A DNA stretch of 64,000 bases from NCBI RefSeq assembly GCF_009914755.1, contig NC_060947.1; one strand, given 5' to 3'. How positions within the stretch are numbered: the stretch's first letter is position 1; each line of letters opens with the position of its first letter. The position numbers and the translations under genes are program-made. The notes under the pieces are model-generated. The model was not told the DNA's origin. It searched no databases and worked only from the letters and a program-made list of their open reading frames with translations. Source of the stretch: the human T2T-CHM13v2.0 reference genome, Homo sapiens. Positions 55,482-64,000 of the stretch are shown in pieces.

Positions 55482-55800
55482 CTAAGATGGGGGGCAGGGG
55501 TAGAGTAGGAAGAATAAAAAGGTCCTAGATAAGACAGGGTGGTATGTGATACAGAGTACAGAGACTAGAGACAGCTCTCTTGCCAAAAGGCCAATCAAAG
55601 AAGACAATAATGTGGCAAGGGTCATACATGGAAATGGCATTTAGGTATTTGAGGGCTATTGTCAACTATCTCCAATTGACTCCAAAAGTTTAGAACTTTC
55701 AAGATGGGTTATCTTCAGAGTGTTTCAAAGGCATCGGGCTTTCCTAGGGAAAGTGATACTGACTTCCATGTCCCCATCTGTCTGGGTCATGCTCACTCAC

Positions 55801-55896
55801 CTGAACAGCTCTGATGTGGGGCTTCCCCCTCCAGCATCCATGGCCCCTCTCCTTGCTCCAACTTGAAGGCAGCCTCTGACTTGGGAATTTGGTACC
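55801..55896 (-). CDS. ZNF41: ZNF41 KRAB-B coding exon
   Basis: 96-bp exon bounded by ttaacag| and |gtgagt on the minus strand; (G)[31 protein letters not shown]. Confidence 0.95.
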
Positions 55897-56151
55897 CTGT
55901 TAACAGGACATGATACACGATTGGGTCCAGCTGATTGGGTTTCAGGGGCCTTTCAGTGACACTTTCCCTTTGCTTTTCAGAAAAGTAAACACATTTCACT
56001 GGGAACAGAGTAATAATCACAGAGGTGAAAAGGAACTGAATCCCAGACAAATCCAGGATGACACCATCACATAGGTTAGGTGTCGGGCAGCACTCAGCAG
56101 CCAAGAATGGAAATACCCTCATTAGCAGATGCATAGGGCGGCCGTGCTTAC

Positions 56152-56278
56152 CCACTGAGAGCAGGTGGCTGTAGTTCTCTAGTGTCACATCCCAGTACAG
56201 GCGTCTCTGGGCAGGGTCCAAGTGCTGCCACTCCTCCTTGCTGAAGTCCACAGTCACGTCCTCAAATGACACTGAAGC
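56152..56278 (-). CDS. ZNF41: ZNF41 KRAB-A coding exon
   Basis: 127-bp exon bounded by cgttacag| and |gtaagc on the minus strand; [42 protein letters not shown]. The three exons give 755 codons. Confidence 0.95.
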
Positions 56279-56469
56279 CTGTAACGACACAATGCTGTTC
56301 AAGGCAGCATGGTCAGCACTGGGGGATGGAAGAAGGTAGATAGCAAGTTGTTTTTAATGCTTTTTACCATAATGTATCATGTAGGGTTTTCACTAAGTAC
56401 TTAGTTTTGTATTTTATTTTGTGAGAGCTAAAAAACTTATTAAAGTATCTTGACATTTGTTGTGTACTA

Positions 56470-58060
<1,591 letters not shown>

Positions 58061-58129
58061 ACGATACAGAAACCATCTCTTACAGACCATCTCTAAACCA
58101 AGTGTATTTAAGTCAGAAATCAGTAATAA

Positions 58130-60960
<2,831 letters not shown>

Positions 60961-60964
60961 GATA

Positions 60965-62080
<1,116 letters not shown>

Positions 62081-62787
62081 ACTCCTCCCTGTCCATCTGA
62101 GTGTTTCCTGTTCCCCGGGACTGTTCTCTGTGGCCCTGCAACTGCTCTTCCCTCCCTCTGGCTTTCCCCGCTTCCCTTGCTGCTTCCTGTACAGCTGTTT
62201 GCTGCCTGCCCAGATCTGTCCCTGCTCCCTTTGCTGGTCGTTGTTCCCTCTGACTTTTCCTTGGTCCCTCTGTTTCCTATTCCCTCTAAATGTCTCTTGT
62301 TCCTTCCGAGTACCCCCGTTCTTTTATCGCTTTCTTTGACTCTACCTGGATCGCTCTAACTATTCATGCCTCCTGTTTCCTGTTCTGACTGTCCTGTGTT
62401 CCCTTTGTTGTCCCTCCAGCTGATCCTTGTTCTGTGGCACCATTCTGATTGTGTGCTAGTCTACCTGACTGTTCCCTGGTCCCTAAGGGCCTTTCTTGTT
62501 CCTTCCAGCTGTTCCTGGCTCACACAGACTGACTGCTGTTGGATTCTGCTGACTAATCTCTAGTCTCCTGATTCTTCCCTGTCCTTGGACAGTTCCTTGA
62601 GTACATTTCTTTCTTTCCATTCTTTCCTTCTTTTTCTTCCTCCCTTCCTGTTTCTGAGACAGGGCGTCACTCTGCCACCCAGGCTGGAGTGCAGTGGCAC
62701 AATCACGGCTCACTGCAGCCTCCACCTCCCAGGCTCAGATGATCCTCCCACCTCAGTACCACCCTACCCGGCTGATTTTTTTTTTGT

Positions 62788-62814
62788 ATGTATATATATA
62801 TATATATCACACAC

Positions 62815-62847
<33 letters not shown>

Positions 62848-62890
62848 TATGTGTACACACACACACACACACATACACACACATATATTT
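62788..62890. repeat. (TA)n(CA)n microsatellite in an Alu linker
   Basis: Directly visible. Confidence 0.95.
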
Positions 62891-63218
62891 ATTTATTTTG
62901 TAGACATGGGGTTTCACCATGTTGCCCAGGCTGGTCTTCAAACAATCCTCCCGCTTTGGCCTCCCAAAGTGTTGGGATTACAGGTGCGAACCACCGTGCC
63001 TGGCCATTGAATACATTTCTACTATGCTCTCCCGTGATGTTCATGCATCTGGTCTGTGGACCACACTTTGAGTAGTACCTAACTAGCTAGCTTATGCCCT
63101 TACCCACTAAAGTGCACTATTGCGTGTTCTATGCCACAGCTGGATTCTGTACTTCCACTGCCTCCATTACTCAACATTACATCTAACTATTGGCTGGTTC
63201 CTCTGATTGCTTCCTGGG

Positions 63219-63318
63219 TAGGGTGACCAAGTGTCTCAGTTTGCCCAGGAATGTTCCTGTTCTAGCACTGGAAGTCCCATGTCCCCTCAGTCACAGGCAA
63301 ACCAGGATGGTCCTGGGA
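63219..63318. mobile_element. MER81-like hAT MITE (a MER5-like fragment lies at ~63025-63080)
   Basis: tagggtgaccaa..gtttgccc..tagcactggaagtccc..cccctcagtc..ggcaaacc; right TIR degraded. Confidence 0.7.
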
Positions 63319-64000
63319 ACTCTGGCTGTTTCCCAGACTCTCCAACTGTGCCTTCACCCCAGTAACTACTGCATGGGCCCTCGGGCTGTTAACTCGCTTC
63401 AGTTATACCATTCTTTCTGGCTCTCCTCTAGTCTCTCTAGCTGGCCACTGGTCAATCAGGCTGCTACCCACACTGGATACATGTTTAATGCTCACTTGAC
63501 TTGTTCCCTAGTTCCTCTGGTTACTTCCCAGGGCCTCTGGTGGACCCTCAGCCCCAAGCACATTTTGGCTGCTCCCTCTGGCTGCCCCCCAGCCTCAGTG
63601 ACTGTTCCTTGCTCCAGGTGTTCCACAGTACTCTAGGCCATTCTGCAGCTTCAGAGGCTCTTCTCTCATCTTTCCACCTGTTCCATGGGCTCTGTCCCTT
63701 CCCTGATCCCTCTGCCCATTCTACAGCCTCAGCAATTGTCTCCTGCTTCCTCTGACTGCAATCCATTCTCTGGGTCGTATTTCACATTTCTTGTTCCCTG
63801 GTATCACTGTCTTTTGCCTGTGCCCTCAAGCTCTCTTCTAAACCAAGGAACTGCTTCCTGGTTCCTCGGGAAGTTGCTTGTCCCTCAGGCTCATACCCAG
63901 TTCCTTGGATATGTTTGCCTTTTCCATTTTATCTGATTCTTCTGCTTCCTCACCCCTCTGGATACTGACTGCTCCGTCTGGCTGCTATTTGGTTCCTCTA

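Larger units (their letters stand above)
62085..64000. repeat. Long pyrimidine-rich degenerate repeat tract, interrupted by an Alu (~62640-63005) and DNA-transposon fragments
   Basis: Recurrent ctctggctg(t/c)t / gactgttcc / tgcttcct motifs with strong C+T skew. Confidence 0.6.

Overview
Primate (very probably human) genomic DNA, consistent with the Xp11.3 KRAB zinc-finger cluster. The window holds the 3' halves of two convergent KRAB-C2H2 genes. ZNF157 (+) has a KRAB-A exon at 10154-10280, a KRAB-B exon at 10558-10653 and a 12-finger exon at 12247-13472. ZNF41 (-) has a KRAB-A exon at 56278-56152, a KRAB-B exon at 55896-55801 and a finger exon at 49354-47310 (17 intact fingers). Both start-codon exons lie outside the window. 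The rest is dominated by Alus, old L1/L2/MIR, MaLR and ERVL LTRs, an ERV-L pol relic and an Alu-interrupted NPM1 processed pseudogene. Almost all other ORFs in the track are Alu/LTR artefacts. I found no convincing new multi-gene system. The best second-look items are: (1) the splice acceptor and first codons of the ZNF157 finger exon appear to come from an antisense L2; (2) an old, TE-poor degenerate ~30/~92-bp repeat at 18.6-20.7 kb that reads like decayed Thr/Ser/Pro-rich coding repeats; (3) a stop-free, in-frame KRAB-A/B intron and an AG|GTGAG re-splicing junction in ZNF41; (4) two inverted Alus 19 kb apart that share non-consensus variants. Repeat boundaries and subfamily names were read by eye and are approximate.
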